Virus record (IMG/VR): IMGVR_UViG_3300049595_005065
Source: a virus
Taxonomy: Duplodnaviria; Caudoviricetes
Length of the DNA stretch: 64,000 nucleotides
Direction: 5' to 3' (one strand)
Shown here: positions 9,661 to 20,081 of the stretch, in pieces
Layout: each line of letters opens with the position of its first letter
Numbering within the stretch: position 1 is the first letter of the stretch
The notes under the pieces: model-generated
Told to the model about the DNA's origin: nothing
Seen by the model: only the letters and a program-made list of their open reading frames with translations
Database searches by the model: none
Made by a program: the position numbers and the translations under genes

Positions 9661-11232
9661 ATGGCTGTTCGTAATCAAAACTGGTACGACCTGCAGGCTA
9701 CCCGGCGCTACCCGCTGGATGAGCGCAGCACCGGTCTGGACGACAACGGCCAGGTGATTCTCGACAGCATCCTGGTCGACTGCCACATCCGCTTTCCGGC
9801 GACGCTCGGCACCTACCTGTACGTGCAAGGGATCACTGTGGCCCCCGCGCTGGTGTCGCTTGTCTTCGGCGTCGCCAGCGCGCTGGATGACTCGAGCGGC
9901 ACGACCATTGCCGCCGTGACGCTGCCTCGCACAGCGCCGCAGAACGTGAATCACGAGATCACGCCGCTGCAGCCGGGCGTCGCGGGCTGGGTGGCGCTCG
10001 GTCCCGGGCTAGCCGAGGAGTTCGTGGGGCGGTACACCGCGCCGCTGCAGACGGTCATCTCGCAGCGGTGCGCCCGACCCTACCGGCCGCTGCCTGTTCC
10101 GAGCATGGGCAAGATCGGCTTGGCTGCCAGCCTGGAGGGCATCGTCAACATCACCGCCGCGGCCCCTGTGACGGCGCGGCACGAGAAGCTGACGATCAAC
10201 GACGAACAGGTCGACGCGATCGTCCTGCGCCTGGACGGCGAGCTGCCGGGCACAAACAACCCGCTGCAGTTCTTTCTTGGTCCGTGCGCTGAGCGGCCCG
10301 AGAGCGGCACCTGCCCGCGGCCACCCATCGAGACAATTAACGGCATGAGCCCCGACTGCGACGGCAACATCACGTTCATTGTCGAGGGTTTCGACGCGCT
10401 TTCCTACAACAACTGCGGGGGCGTGGACATTATCTCGAACACGGGCCTGGCGGAAACGTGCGACGCGCTGCGCGATCCGCGACGACGGCGGCCCGTCGAC
10501 GAATGCAACAGCAGCGAAAGCCTCGATGAAGATTACTGGTACAACCCGCTCGACCAGATTCCGCCGGACGTCGTGATCGACGAGGACCTGGAAGAGACCG
10601 CGTTCACCAACACGTGCGTCACCACGCCACTGTGCGTCGATTTCAGCGGCGGCACCGCGTCAAACTTCGTCGTGCGCGACGGTTTGTTCGTCTTTCAGTC
10701 GTTGCTTGCGCCGCCCATCTGCGGCAGCTCCGAAGAATTGTTTGACGAGCACTACGTCTACACCGCCGCTGATTTCGTGGGGCGGAACATCGCGCTGTTC
10801 CGAAACTGCTCCTCAAACTGGATCTTTAACAAAACCATTCGAACGCAGCTTGCGTTCACCAGCAGCGGACTGCGTCGCAATGGCGGCCTGCTGCTGAACT
10901 ATGTGCGCGGCAGCACGACGACATATCTGCTGGCCATGATCGACAACAATCTAAACAAGTTGCGGCTGCTGCGGTTCAACGGCACCGCGTTCATCGAGGA
11001 GTACAGCGCTAACTTTCAAACTTTTCCGGGCACCTGGTATGAGCTTGCTGTGTCGCCAACGCAGTCAGGCAGCAACCTTGTGCTCGCCGTCACGGCCAGC
11101 GCGCCCAACGGCGCCGTGTCGCCGGTCTCCTTCACGGTCACCCTTTCCAACTACGGAAACCCGCTCGGACTGGCAGGGCTGTACAGCGACCGCTCGTACA
11201 CCTACTTCAACAAGTTTTTGATCGAGGGCTGA
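9661..11232 (+). CDS. Cys-rich structural protein, paralog 3, with a C-terminal beta-sandwich (lectin-like) domain
   Basis: NWYDLQATRRYPL and INGMSPDCDGN motifs; C-terminal FPGTWYELAV..GLAGLYS resembles ConA/DUF1080-like folds (inference). Confidence 0.6.
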   Translation: MAVRNQNWYDLQATRRYPLDERSTGLDDNGQVILDSILVDCHIRFPATLGTYLYVQGITVAPALVSLVFGVASALDDSSGTTIAAVTLPRTAPQNVNHEITPLQPGVAGWVALGPGLAEEFVGRYTAPLQTVISQRCARPYRPLPVPSMGKIGLAASLEGIVNITAAAPVTARHEKLTINDEQVDAIVLRLDGELPGTNNPLQFFLGPCAERPESGTCPRPPIETINGMSPDCDGNITFIVEGFDALSYNNCGGVDIISNTGLAETCDALRDPRRRRPVDECNSSESLDEDYWYNPLDQIPPDVVIDEDLEETAFTNTCVTTPLCVDFSGGTASNFVVRDGLFVFQSLLAPPICGSSEELFDEHYVYTAADFVGRNIALFRNCSSNWIFNKTIRTQLAFTSSGLRRNGGLLLNYVRGSTTTYLLAMIDNNLNKLRLLRFNGTAFIEEYSANFQTFPGTWYELAVSPTQSGSNLVLAVTASAPNGAVSPVSFTVTLSNYGNPLGLAGLYSDRSYTYFNKFLIEG

Positions 11233-11235
11233 GCG

Positions 11236-12018
11236 ATGTCCGACGCGCGTATTCTTTATCCGCAGTTTCGCGACGAGCAAGCTGACTCGCGCTACCCCTT
11301 CGCGGACCGGGCGACGCTTGCATCGTCAACGGCGGGCCTGGAGATTGGCCGGGACACCTTCATCGACGCCAGCATCTACACGATCAATGGCGACCGGCAG
11401 GCTTACATCTCGGCCATCGTCGTGACGCCACAGTTGATCACAATCTACCTCGGTGACGTGGGCGACCCGCGCCGCGCCAGCGCGGAGTTTAACCCGTTGG
11501 CCGCCCCGGCCGACGGCGTGCTCAACGTGTTTGATATCTATGGCCGCCCCGCGGGCATGCTCCTGTCGACGCCGCTGGCTCTGGCTCGATTTTCCGGCTG
11601 GCCCACAGGGACGCACACGTTTCTACCAGCGGCCGCGGAATTCGTCTCTTCCGTGGTCATTCCCGCGCGCGAACCGGGCGTCCGCGGCCTGGTGGCCGAC
11701 GACGCGGCGCTCCTCACGGGAGACGTCTGGATCGTAGGTGGCCGCGGCGTCGTTGTGCGAAAAGAAGACGAGGAAATCATTCGCGTCGACATCATCGGCG
11801 AACCGCTGTTCAACCGCTATCTCTGCGACCCTGTGCAGCGTTTTGCGCCCAAGACGTTCCTGCAATCGATCACCGTAAACCGGGTCACGTGCGGCCCCAA
11901 CGAATACGGCGGCTTTAACATCACCGCGACCGATCACGGCGCAAGCGATTCCGTCCTGCGAATCTACCCGCAAGACGGAAACATTAAAATAGACACGATC
12001 GGCCGAAAGGTGGTGTGA
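11236..12018 (+). CDS. structural protein, paralog 4
   Basis: QFRDEQADSRYPF, LTGDVWIVGG and GPNEYGGFNI motifs. Confidence 0.65.
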   Translation: MSDARILYPQFRDEQADSRYPFADRATLASSTAGLEIGRDTFIDASIYTINGDRQAYISAIVVTPQLITIYLGDVGDPRRASAEFNPLAAPADGVLNVFDIYGRPAGMLLSTPLALARFSGWPTGTHTFLPAAAEFVSSVVIPAREPGVRGLVADDAALLTGDVWIVGGRGVVVRKEDEEIIRVDIIGEPLFNRYLCDPVQRFAPKTFLQSITVNRVTCGPNEYGGFNITATDHGASDSVLRIYPQDGNIKIDTIGRKVV

Positions 12019-12019
12019 G

Positions 12020-12973
12020 ATGCCCCGTCCAGGTTTCTACAACGACAACGAATACCGCGCCTACCCTTTCGTTTTTCGGACGAGCTATCCGGGGCCTGCG
12101 CTGCCGGACGCCGCGATCGTAGACGCCGGGCTGATCATGGGCCTGGACAGCGGCTACAACCCCGCCGAGCACAGCGTCTGGCTGTCCTCGATCTCCAGGG
12201 CGGGCGGCGTGCTGACGTTCACCTTTGCGTCCGACGCGCCCGGCGCAGCGACTCAAAACCTCTCGTTCGTGTGCAGCACCGCCGCGGAGGAGTGGCTGTC
12301 TGTGTTCGGCGAATCGGGCGTGATCGCCGGTGTTCCCAGCGCGTGCGACCCGGCGCCCATTTGGGAAGGTTTTCTCGTGGTCGGCGCGCTGGCGACGCTG
12401 CTGGAGCAGATCGCAGACAACTCAACGGTCACGTACCCCAGCCAGGCGCGCGTCCTCGAGCCGGGTCGCGTGCAGAGCCTGCTGAAGGGCTACCTGCGCA
12501 GCGTCAACGTGGGAAACTTCACGCGCGTCCGTGCGCTGCCCGCGCCAGAGTGCGACGACAGCTCGACCGCGGTCGACGAAAATGAAGTCGTCGTGAATGC
12601 CACGTGCATGCAGGGAAACATCCGTGTCAAGGAAGGCTACCACTGCCGCATTCGGCAGATCGAGCGAACCAACGAGATCAACATCTCCGCGGATCGCACC
12701 GCGGGTGACACCGAATTTAGCCCGCTGTGCGAGCACGGTGGAGACCTGCCCCTTTACGATGACGAACCGTTTGACGCAGCCACTGGTTTCTATGGCGGCG
12801 GCCCGGCGTGCAACCAGGTAATTTCTGCCATCAACGGCATCGGCGGCCCCAACGTTTCGCTGATTGCGGGGACGGGCGTAACAATCACCACCAACCCCAC
12901 GGATAAGACCATTACCATCGCGCTTGCGCAGAACAACCTCGTGGGTGGTTGCGGGACGGAGGCTGGGACGTGA
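12020..12973 (+). CDS. structural protein, paralog 5
   Basis: [12 protein letters not shown] and [11 protein letters not shown] motifs. Confidence 0.65.
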   Translation: MPRPGFYNDNEYRAYPFVFRTSYPGPALPDAAIVDAGLIMGLDSGYNPAEHSVWLSSISRAGGVLTFTFASDAPGAATQNLSFVCSTAAEEWLSVFGESGVIAGVPSACDPAPIWEGFLVVGALATLLEQIADNSTVTYPSQARVLEPGRVQSLLKGYLRSVNVGNFTRVRALPAPECDDSSTAVDENEVVVNATCMQGNIRVKEGYHCRIRQIERTNEINISADRTAGDTEFSPLCEHGGDLPLYDDEPFDAATGFYGGGPACNQVISAINGIGGPNVSLIAGTGVTITTNPTDKTITIALAQNNLVGGCGTEAGT

Positions 12974-15534
12974 TGACCGGACCTGTCGATCCCATTTTCG
13001 ATCCGAACAAGTGCGGTTTGGGCCCGGTCCCCAAGCCTCCGGTGCAGTTCGTCATCGATTGCAACATCGATGAGCCGCCGCCGCCGATCTTCGACTGCGA
13101 ACCGCCGAGCATTCCGCGCGAGCCGCCACCGCCGCCGTGCCCCGAGTTCACCGGCGAGGTCACGGTCACCGCCGCGCCGCAAACCTGCTCCGGACCCAGC
13201 GAGCCTTCCGGCGCTCTGCTGATCACCAAGGTAGACAACGACCCGTGCCGCTTTTCGATTGACCTAGACCTGGACATTCCAATTCCGCCCGCGCCGTGCC
13301 CTGAAATCAAAGAGGGCGAGGTTACGGTCAACGTTGGTTACGCCGGAACAGGTGCTGGGTGCGTTTCTGAGGCTACCGGCGCCATTATTATCACGCCGCT
13401 TCCCGAAACTGATCCGTGCAGCGACAGCGATGAACCAAGGTGCCAATTCCAGATCGATCTGAACCTGGACATTCCGATCCCCCAGCCGGTGTGCCCCGAG
13501 ATTAACGAAGGCACGGTCAGCGTCAACGTTGGCTACAGCGACTGCGTGTCCGGCGCCAGCGGCGGGTTCACGATCACCAAGAACGAGATTGAAGGAGACT
13601 GCAACACTCCGCCGACCTGCTCGTTCACGATCGACCTGGATTTGGACATCCCAATCCCCAAGCCGGTGTGCCCCGAGATTAACGAAGGCACGGTCAGCGT
13701 CAACGTTGGCTACAGCGACTGCGTGTCCGGCGCCAGCGGCGGTTTCACAATTACCAAGAATGAGACCCCCGGAGATTGCGACACTCCACCGACCTGCTCG
13801 TTCACGATCGACCTGGATTTGGACATCCCAATCCCCAAGCCGGTGTGTCCAGAAATCAACGAAGGAACGGTCAGCGTCAACGTTGGCTACAGCGATTGCA
13901 TCTCGGGCGCTAGCGGCGGGTTCACGATTACCAAGAATGAAACCCCTGGAGATTGCGACACCCCGCCAACCTGCGATTTCACAATCGACCTAAACCTGGA
14001 CATCCCGATCCCCAAACCGGTGTGTCCGGAGATTAACGAAGGCGCGGTTAACGTTAACGTCGGCTACAGCGATTGCGTGTCGCAGGCAAGCGGTGGTTTC
14101 ACGATCACCAAGACGGAAACGCCGGGTGACTGCGATACGCCGCCGACCTGCTCGTTCACGATCGACCTCAACCTGGACATCCCGATTCCCAAGCCGGTTT
14201 GTCCCACGTTCAAGGAAGGTGCCGTCAGCGTAAACGTCGGCTACGACGACTGCGTGCCGCAGGCAAGCGGTGCGTTTACGATCAGTAAAACCGAAACAAG
14301 CGGCGACTGCGACACTCCACCCACGTGCGAGTTCACGATCGACCTTGACCTGGACATCCCGATTCCCAAGCCGGTTTGCCCGACATTTTCCGCATCGGGC
14401 ACCATTGCTTTTGGCGCGCCATCCATCTCCGTCAACGGAAACGTCAACTCAACGCCTGGCGACTGCGACACGCCGCCGACGTGCGACATCACGCTGGGCG
14501 TGGATGTTGTTGTTCCCAACCCCGCGTGCCCCGTCATCAGCGGCGCGATCAGCGTTTACGAAGCAGAAGAACCTACCGGCACGGTTACCGTTACCAAGAA
14601 CGAAGGTCCCAGCGGCGCGTGCGAATTCAACATTGAAATTGATATTGGGGTGCCCAAACCAAAGTGTCCCGAGATCAGCGGTTCAATCAGCGTTTATGAA
14701 ACGGAAGAAGAGCCAACTGGCACTTTTTCTGTTACTAGCGGTGAAACAGCGAGCGGCATTTGCGAATTCAACATTGAGATCGCCATCGGGGTACCCAAGC
14801 CGTCGGGCGTCACGGGCCCCACCGGCCCCAGTGGCCCGAGCGGGCCTAGCGGTCCTTCTGGACCTAGCGGCGCAAGCGGGCCGAGCGGCCCTTCCGGACC
14901 CAGCGGCCCTAGCGGTGTCGGTGGTGCTACAGGTCCAAGTGGACCTAGCGGACCCAGTGGTCCGAGCGGCCCTCAAGGTCCGAGCGGCGTGGATGGCATC
15001 CCAGGCGCTACAGGTCCAAGTGGACCTAGCGGCCCTCAAGGTCCGAGTGGCGTGGATGGCATCCCAGGCGCTACAGGTCCAAGTGGACCTAGCGGCCCTC
15101 AAGGTCCAAGCGGCCCAGAAGGCCCTAGCGGCCCCAAGGGCGACCCCGGCGAACCAGGACCGTCTGGCCCTGGCGGCCCCAGTGGCCCGCAAGGCCCCAG
15201 CGGCCCAGCAGGTCCAAGTGGACCAAAGGGCGACAAGGGAGACACAGGCGACCCCGGGCTGCCCGGACCTAGCGGTCCCAAGGGCGACAAGGGAGACACC
15301 GGCCCCAGCGGCCCGAAGGGCGACAAGGGCGACCAGGGCGACCCAGGCGCGCCTGGTTCGTCTATTGTGGGCCCACCCGGGCCGCCAGGGCCGCCTGGGC
15401 CGAGCGGGCCGAAGGGCGACAAGGGCGACCCGGGCGACGACTGCGTCAAGGTCCCGGTGACCGTGCTGACTGGCATGTCGTGTTCCGGCGGAAACTTGAT
15501 TGCAGACACGACGACCATCGAGGTGTGCGAGTAA
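12973..15534 (+). CDS. collagen-like tail fibre protein with 59-aa Cys/Pro repeats
   Basis: ATG overlaps the upstream TGA (TGATG). Contains the PVCPEINEG...[15 protein letters not shown] repeats followed by a long G-X-Y tract. Confidence 0.8.
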   Translation: MTGPVDPIFDPNKCGLGPVPKPPVQFVIDCNIDEPPPPIFDCEPPSIPREPPPPPCPEFTGEVTVTAAPQTCSGPSEPSGALLITKVDNDPCRFSIDLDLDIPIPPAPCPEIKEGEVTVNVGYAGTGAGCVSEATGAIIITPLPETDPCSDSDEPRCQFQIDLNLDIPIPQPVCPEINEGTVSVNVGYSDCVSGASGGFTITKNEIEGDCNTPPTCSFTIDLDLDIPIPKPVCPEINEGTVSVNVGYSDCVSGASGGFTITKNETPGDCDTPPTCSFTIDLDLDIPIPKPVCPEINEGTVSVNVGYSDCISGASGGFTITKNETPGDCDTPPTCDFTIDLNLDIPIPKPVCPEINEGAVNVNVGYSDCVSQASGGFTITKTETPGDCDTPPTCSFTIDLNLDIPIPKPVCPTFKEGAVSVNVGYDDCVPQASGAFTISKTETSGDCDTPPTCEFTIDLDLDIPIPKPVCPTFSASGTIAFGAPSISVNGNVNSTPGDCDTPPTCDITLGVDVVVPNPACPVISGAISVYEAEEPTGTVTVTKNEGPSGACEFNIEIDIGVPKPKCPEISGSISVYETEEEPTGTFSVTSGETASGICEFNIEIAIGVPKPSGVTGPTGPSGPSGPSGPSGPSGASGPSGPSGPSGPSGVGGATGPSGPSGPSGPSGPQGPSGVDGIPGATGPSGPSGPQGPSGVDGIPGATGPSGPSGPQGPSGPEGPSGPKGDPGEPGPSGPGGPSGPQGPSGPAGPSGPKGDKGDTGDPGLPGPSGPKGDKGDTGPSGPKGDKGDQGDPGAPGSSIVGPPGPPGPPGPSGPKGDKGDPGDDCVKVPVTVLTGMSCSGGNLIADTTTIEVCE
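13484..14368 (+). repeat. 5 x 177-bp in-frame tandem repeat, with degenerate copies on both flanks
   Basis: A(G/A)CCGGT-type unit starts at 13484, 13661, 13838, 14015, 14192 and 14369, an exact 177-bp period. Confidence 0.95.
14806..15441 (+). repeat. collagen G-X-Y repeat (about 70 triplets; GPS-rich, then GPKGDKGD)
   Basis: Seen directly in the translation. Confidence 0.95.
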
Positions 15535-15535
15535 C

Positions 15536-16231
15536 ATGCCTACGATCGATCTGGGCCCGTGCGGCTGCTGTTCGTCGTCGAGTAGTGCGCAGCAAGGCTG
15601 GGCGTGCATACTGGGCTGGGTTTGCGAGTCCTCGAGTAGCAGTAGTAGTAGCGCCAGCGGGTGTACAACTGACGCTGATTGTAAGTTTTGCCCGGCAAGC
15701 TACACCTATATTGAAGAGGCAAACACATGCTGCCCGCCAGGAACAGAGTGGGGCCCCTGGCCGCCAGACAATCCGAGCAATCCGCCCGCGTGCTACGGGC
15801 CCGGCGCGGTTACCTTCGGCGTTTCGCCGACAAATGGTTATTGCTGCAACGGTATTTGCAAAAATCCAGCGACTGATCTTGTTGGTTGCCAACCTGACAC
15901 AAGTCAACCGTGTTACGAGGCAACGTACGAAGATTGCGAGAGATCTGGAAACTCACCAACCATTTACCCGTGCGGTTGTCCCATTCCGTGTATTGATGGC
16001 GTCCTAGAGTGCCCAGAGGGTAATTGTCCGTGCGAAAATTATGTTTGCTGCCCGGACGGCTTTAACTGCGCAGCAACACTTGCCGAGTGCCCAGGTGTTG
16101 CGCCATTTACGGCACAAGTTGAGCAACAGCAACAGCTCACACATACACAAAATCCTCGTGTGCTCCCACTGCGCAAGGCGCCAGTGGTAAACTTGCCGAC
16201 AGACCGAACCGTCTACATTTGCAACGATTGA
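15536..16231 (+). CDS. Cys-rich protein with Ser runs (tail-tip module)
   Basis: [17 protein letters not shown]...; dense Cys; more A/T at third codon positions than the neighbours. Confidence 0.7.
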   Translation: MPTIDLGPCGCCSSSSSAQQGWACILGWVCESSSSSSSSASGCTTDADCKFCPASYTYIEEANTCCPPGTEWGPWPPDNPSNPPACYGPGAVTFGVSPTNGYCCNGICKNPATDLVGCQPDTSQPCYEATYEDCERSGNSPTIYPCGCPIPCIDGVLECPEGNCPCENYVCCPDGFNCAATLAECPGVAPFTAQVEQQQQLTHTQNPRVLPLRKAPVVNLPTDRTVYICND

Positions 16232-16234
16232 TTT

Positions 16235-19200
16235 ATGGGCTGCAGACAAGTCAACTGCGACGAATACCCGGACCAGCCGTGTTTCGACACCGAGCAGCAG
16301 TGCCGGTGCAACTGCCCGGGTAGCGGTGTCGACCCGGAAAGCCCAGAGTGCCAGAGCTCTACCTCTAGCGGTTCCAGTGACTCCAGCGGCTCCAGCGATC
16401 CTTGCGGCGATCCGCCAAAAAAGTGCGTCGGCGGCACGCTTGACCGAACAGCCACGACTTGCGTGTGCGTTTGCCCCGATGGTTCAACCGACCCGGCGGG
16501 CGGTAATTGCCCATGCGATAATCCAAATCATAAGCGCAACGCGAACGGGGAATGCGTCTGTGACCCAAACCCACCTTGTCTGGGCGGTTCTGTAAATCAA
16601 CTCGACTGCTCGTGTCAATGCCCTGACGGCGGAGAAGTAGCAAATGGTGCGTGTCCGTGCCCAGAAGATCTTTATGGCCCTGGTCACGTACGCGACGCAG
16701 ACGGCGAATGCGTTTGCGAACCACCACTTGTCTGCCTGCCGCCGTATAAACAGGCGACAGAAATAGGCGTTGACGGAGACGGCAACCCGATTAGCAAGTC
16801 CTTGTGCCGCTGCGATTGCAACACCAACGCTGTTACATGTGTGGGCGGCACCGTCGATCCCGCTCTTTGCGAATGTCGCTGTCCGTTTGGCACTACCCTT
16901 AAACCAACACAAAACGTCAACGGCCTTGGCGGCGAGTGCGTGCCGTGGACTTTCAATTGTGTTAACGGCGGTTGTTACGCCGTGGCAGAAGGAGGCGCGT
17001 ATCCCGACCTTGGTGCCTGCGGCGCCGCCTGCGGTGGCGGTGGCGGTGGAGGCGGCGGTGGAGGCGACCCACCTCCGCCGCCGTGCGTGAACTGCTGCGA
17101 CCCGATACCACTTCCGCCGCAGCCTGAGCCGCTGACCTGCCCAGACGGCACGGTATACGGCGCCATTGTTTACGAGACGTTTGACAAAGACGACTGCTCC
17201 TGGATCCCGACAACGCAGGAGTGGGGCACTTGCAATGGCAGCAGCAGTTCTACGTCGTCGTGCGATTGCAGCGCCGCCAATCCCGGACCGACCGAGTATG
17301 GAACAGCCTGCGGGCGCGCGGTTCCAATCAAACAGGGTGGCAGCACCGGCTGCTTTGGCGCTTACGCAAATTTGACGTGGTGTGATACTTGCGGCAACAA
17401 CGGTGTGCCGCAACTGAAGCGCGCTGATTGGTTCTATTTCAACAAAAACACCTGCGAGTTTGAACCGTCTCCAGGAAACGGCAACGGCGAGTTGCCCTGC
17501 CCCGGCGAGTCGTCATCCTCTTCGAGTAGCGGTGTTTCTTTATCGTCCACGAGCAGCGTCCAGTCCTCGTCCTCTGAGAGCAGCTACTCCAAGAGCAGCG
17601 AATCGTCCGACAGCAGCGCCTCTTCGTTGAGCAGCGCGTCTGACAACAGCGGCTCCTCGTTGAGCAGCACGTCTGACAACAGCGCCTCTTCATTGAGCAG
17701 CGCGTCCGACAACGGCGGCTCCTCACTGAGCAGCGCGTCTAACAGCAGCAGCTCCTCACTGAGTAGTACCGTATCTTCCAGCAGCGCCGTATCCTCCAGC
17801 AGTTCTTCCAGCAGCTCCTCCTGCGCGCTTGCCGAGCCGGTGGCCGTGTCGTTCGCCGGTTCAAGCGTTGGCGGCGTGCCGCTCAACTCGTTGATCGCTG
17901 GCAGCAAATATCGCGTCCTGGTGGCGACCACAAACGCCACGGCCATCGCCCAGGCTCAGGGCGAGTGGCAGCTGTATTCCAGCGCGGTGCCTGGCACCCC
18001 GATCAAGTCAGGCGATTTCACGCCCGGGCAGAATTCATTCACGTTTGAAGTGACGGCCGAGGAGATGCTCGCCACGCTGGGGTTGACGTTTGCGACGGCT
18101 TCGCCGGGGTCGTACTATTTTCCGCTCTGCGCCCGCTTGAACATTTGCGGCGCGGAGTACACAACCAAATGTCCTGAAGGGCAAAGCGTCACGGTCGTTG
18201 TTGGCAGTAACGTTGTTGCACCTAGCAGCTCTAGCAGCTCCAGCAGCGCAAGTGGCGCGTCGAGCAGCTCGGGCAGCAGTGTCGTCGCGATCAACTACGA
18301 GGCGGCGCAGCAGCAGTGGCTGGAGTACGGCACGGTGATCACGGGCGTGGTTAAACTCAGCACCGGGGAACTGTCTGCCGTTAACACCTATAACCGCAAC
18401 GCGTCTTTTTGCTCAGGCGCCGGGGCTCCCACGGTGTGCCGTTTGTGGGATGAAAACCTCAGCACCTCATTCACGCTCATGGCTTCGCTGCAGGCAGGAT
18501 ACGGATACTTTATCGAGCTGCGTCCCAACGCATCCGCGGGCGCGCCGGTTCGGGGCGTTCGCTGGTCCCCGGTGGGCCTCAGCAGTTTCTACAACGTGAA
18601 ACTGGAGTACCAATACCGTGCTTACGGAACCACCGGGCCGTGGCAAACCGCTTCCACAACGTTGACCGATAGCGGCGCGACCTACTACACCTACGCGTTT
18701 CCAGCCAACGTGGAAATTCTCAGCGTCCGTTTCATTGCCAGCGAATCGTACAGCGGCGGCGCGGTCCAGATCGGACTGCGCGAAATGGACCTGCAGTTCT
18801 TTATTTCAGGCGGTTCCAGTTCGTCCAGCAGCGCGACGCTGCCAACGATCGACTGGACCGCGGCCAAGCAGACGTGGCTGGGTTCCGGTCTCGTGCTTGC
18901 AGGCACGTGCCAGGTGAAGCACAACGGCACGTTTGTTACGGAAGAGGCCAGCACCAACTTTACAGGCCCAGTTTACAACTACCAGAACTGGCGCCGTTCG
19001 CTTTGCCCCGTCGCGGGCCCAACCTACTGTGTTTTGTTTGACGGAAATGAAAACACTGGCTGGTCGATGAACGCAAGCATGTTGAACACGGCAACTGAAT
19101 TGCAAGGTTACGGCGTCGAGGTGCGCCCCGCGGACGACAACGGCGAGCTTGGCGTGCCAGCGCTCGGTTTGGCATATCGCTTCGATGATCTGCCTGCGGG

Positions 19201-19483
19201 CGGAGAGAATGTGTCCAACCCGCCGCGCATTTATGTTTCGTATCAGTACCGCGCATACGGCAGCAATAACAGCTGGCAGTCGCAGTTTTTTGCGGTAGCC
19301 AGCCGCTCTACAAACGAAAGGTACAGGTACATCTACTTCCAACCCAACTCCGAGGTGCGCAAGATTCGAATCATGCAGATGTCCCCCGTTAAAAACATGA
19401 GCAACGTGGCGATCACCTATCACACCCAGCTGTTTTATCTGAACTCGCTTGACCTGTATTTCTTCTGGAATGAAATACCGTGA
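16235..19483 (+). CDS. large Cys-rich/Ser-rich putative receptor-binding protein
   Basis: 1082 aa: CXCXC-like repeats, Gly/Pro linker, Ser-rich spacers, two homologous C-terminal domains (YQYRAYG..WQ). Confidence 0.7.
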   Translation: MGCRQVNCDEYPDQPCFDTEQQCRCNCPGSGVDPESPECQSSTSSGSSDSSGSSDPCGDPPKKCVGGTLDRTATTCVCVCPDGSTDPAGGNCPCDNPNHKRNANGECVCDPNPPCLGGSVNQLDCSCQCPDGGEVANGACPCPEDLYGPGHVRDADGECVCEPPLVCLPPYKQATEIGVDGDGNPISKSLCRCDCNTNAVTCVGGTVDPALCECRCPFGTTLKPTQNVNGLGGECVPWTFNCVNGGCYAVAEGGAYPDLGACGAACGGGGGGGGGGGDPPPPPCVNCCDPIPLPPQPEPLTCPDGTVYGAIVYETFDKDDCSWIPTTQEWGTCNGSSSSTSSCDCSAANPGPTEYGTACGRAVPIKQGGSTGCFGAYANLTWCDTCGNNGVPQLKRADWFYFNKNTCEFEPSPGNGNGELPCPGESSSSSSSGVSLSSTSSVQSSSSESSYSKSSESSDSSASSLSSASDNSGSSLSSTSDNSASSLSSASDNGGSSLSSASNSSSSSLSSTVSSSSAVSSSSSSSSSSCALAEPVAVSFAGSSVGGVPLNSLIAGSKYRVLVATTNATAIAQAQGEWQLYSSAVPGTPIKSGDFTPGQNSFTFEVTAEEMLATLGLTFATASPGSYYFPLCARLNICGAEYTTKCPEGQSVTVVVGSNVVAPSSSSSSSSASGASSSSGSSVVAINYEAAQQQWLEYGTVITGVVKLSTGELSAVNTYNRNASFCSGAGAPTVCRLWDENLSTSFTLMASLQAGYGYFIELRPNASAGAPVRGVRWSPVGLSSFYNVKLEYQYRAYGTTGPWQTASTTLTDSGATYYTYAFPANVEILSVRFIASESYSGGAVQIGLREMDLQFFISGGSSSSSSATLPTIDWTAAKQTWLGSGLVLAGTCQVKHNGTFVTEEASTNFTGPVYNYQNWRRSLCPVAGPTYCVLFDGNENTGWSMNASMLNTATELQGYGVEVRPADDNGELGVPALGLAYRFDDLPAGGENVSNPPRIYVSYQYRAYGSNNSWQSQFFAVASRSTNERYRYIYFQPNSEVRKIRIMQMSPVKNMSNVAITYHTQLFYLNSLDLYFFWNEIP
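17621..17785 (+). repeat. 5 x 33-bp in-frame Ser-rich repeat (SSLSS[AT]S[DN]...)
   Basis: Unit starts at 17621, 17654, 17687, 17720 and 17753. Confidence 0.9.
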
Positions 19484-19512
19484 TTGACGCTACAGGCGCG
19501 CTGCGCTACGGT
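19484..19512 (+). promoter_or_regulatory. possible sigma70-type promoter
   Basis: TTGACG-N17-TACGGT upstream of SD GAGGAGG and ATG 19543. Confidence 0.4.
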
Positions 19513-19542
19513 ATAGCCGTCGCGGTTTGAAGAGGAGGCACC

Positions 19543-20073
19543 ATGAACTGCGCGTTTGAACCGGCTGACTGCCCGCAGCTGTTGAAGACCTACAAATGCT
19601 ACCGCTGCCAGCACTGCGGCAAGACCGTGTCGCTCGCGGCCGACGCGCAGGTCGACGTGTCGGTGCTGTTCAGCAAGTTTGAGTGTCCCACGCTCAAGGC
19701 GCAGGCCGCCCCAGTCCCGGAGCCCGCGCCCAACACGAGCCACGTCATGCTGGAAGCCCCGGCGCCGTACGTCTGGGACCCGTCCGGTCCCGGCACCCAG
19801 CTGAAGAAGCTGCTGTCAAAGGTGGGCATCAAGGCAACGGAAAACTGCAGCTGCAACGCCCGCGCCAAGCTCATGAACGCGCACGGCGTCGAGTGGTGCG
19901 AACAGCACGTCGACGAGATCGTCGGGTGGCTCAAGGAAGAAGCTGGAAAGCGGAAGCTGCCGTTCCTGGCCTGGCCCACGAAAATCCTCGTCCAGCGCGC
20001 CATCAAGATTGCCAAACGGAATCGCGATCGCAGCGCCCCTGAAGCCGAGGCGGCGGACGACGCGGCGGATTAG
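19543..20073 (+). CDS. small Cys-motif protein
   Basis: Strong SD; CxxC motifs plus KKLL..VGI....CSCNARAKLMN..GVEWCEQH. Confidence 0.75.
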   Translation: MNCAFEPADCPQLLKTYKCYRCQHCGKTVSLAADAQVDVSVLFSKFECPTLKAQAAPVPEPAPNTSHVMLEAPAPYVWDPSGPGTQLKKLLSKVGIKATENCSCNARAKLMNAHGVEWCEQHVDEIVGWLKEEAGKRKLPFLAWPTKILVQRAIKIAKRNRDRSAPEAEAADDAAD

Positions 20074-20081
20074 GGGGCACC

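Noticed and set aside
13484-17785. 177-bp and 33-bp repeats as a CRISPR array
   Set aside because: Contiguous in-frame coding repeats with no unique spacers; no cas genes.
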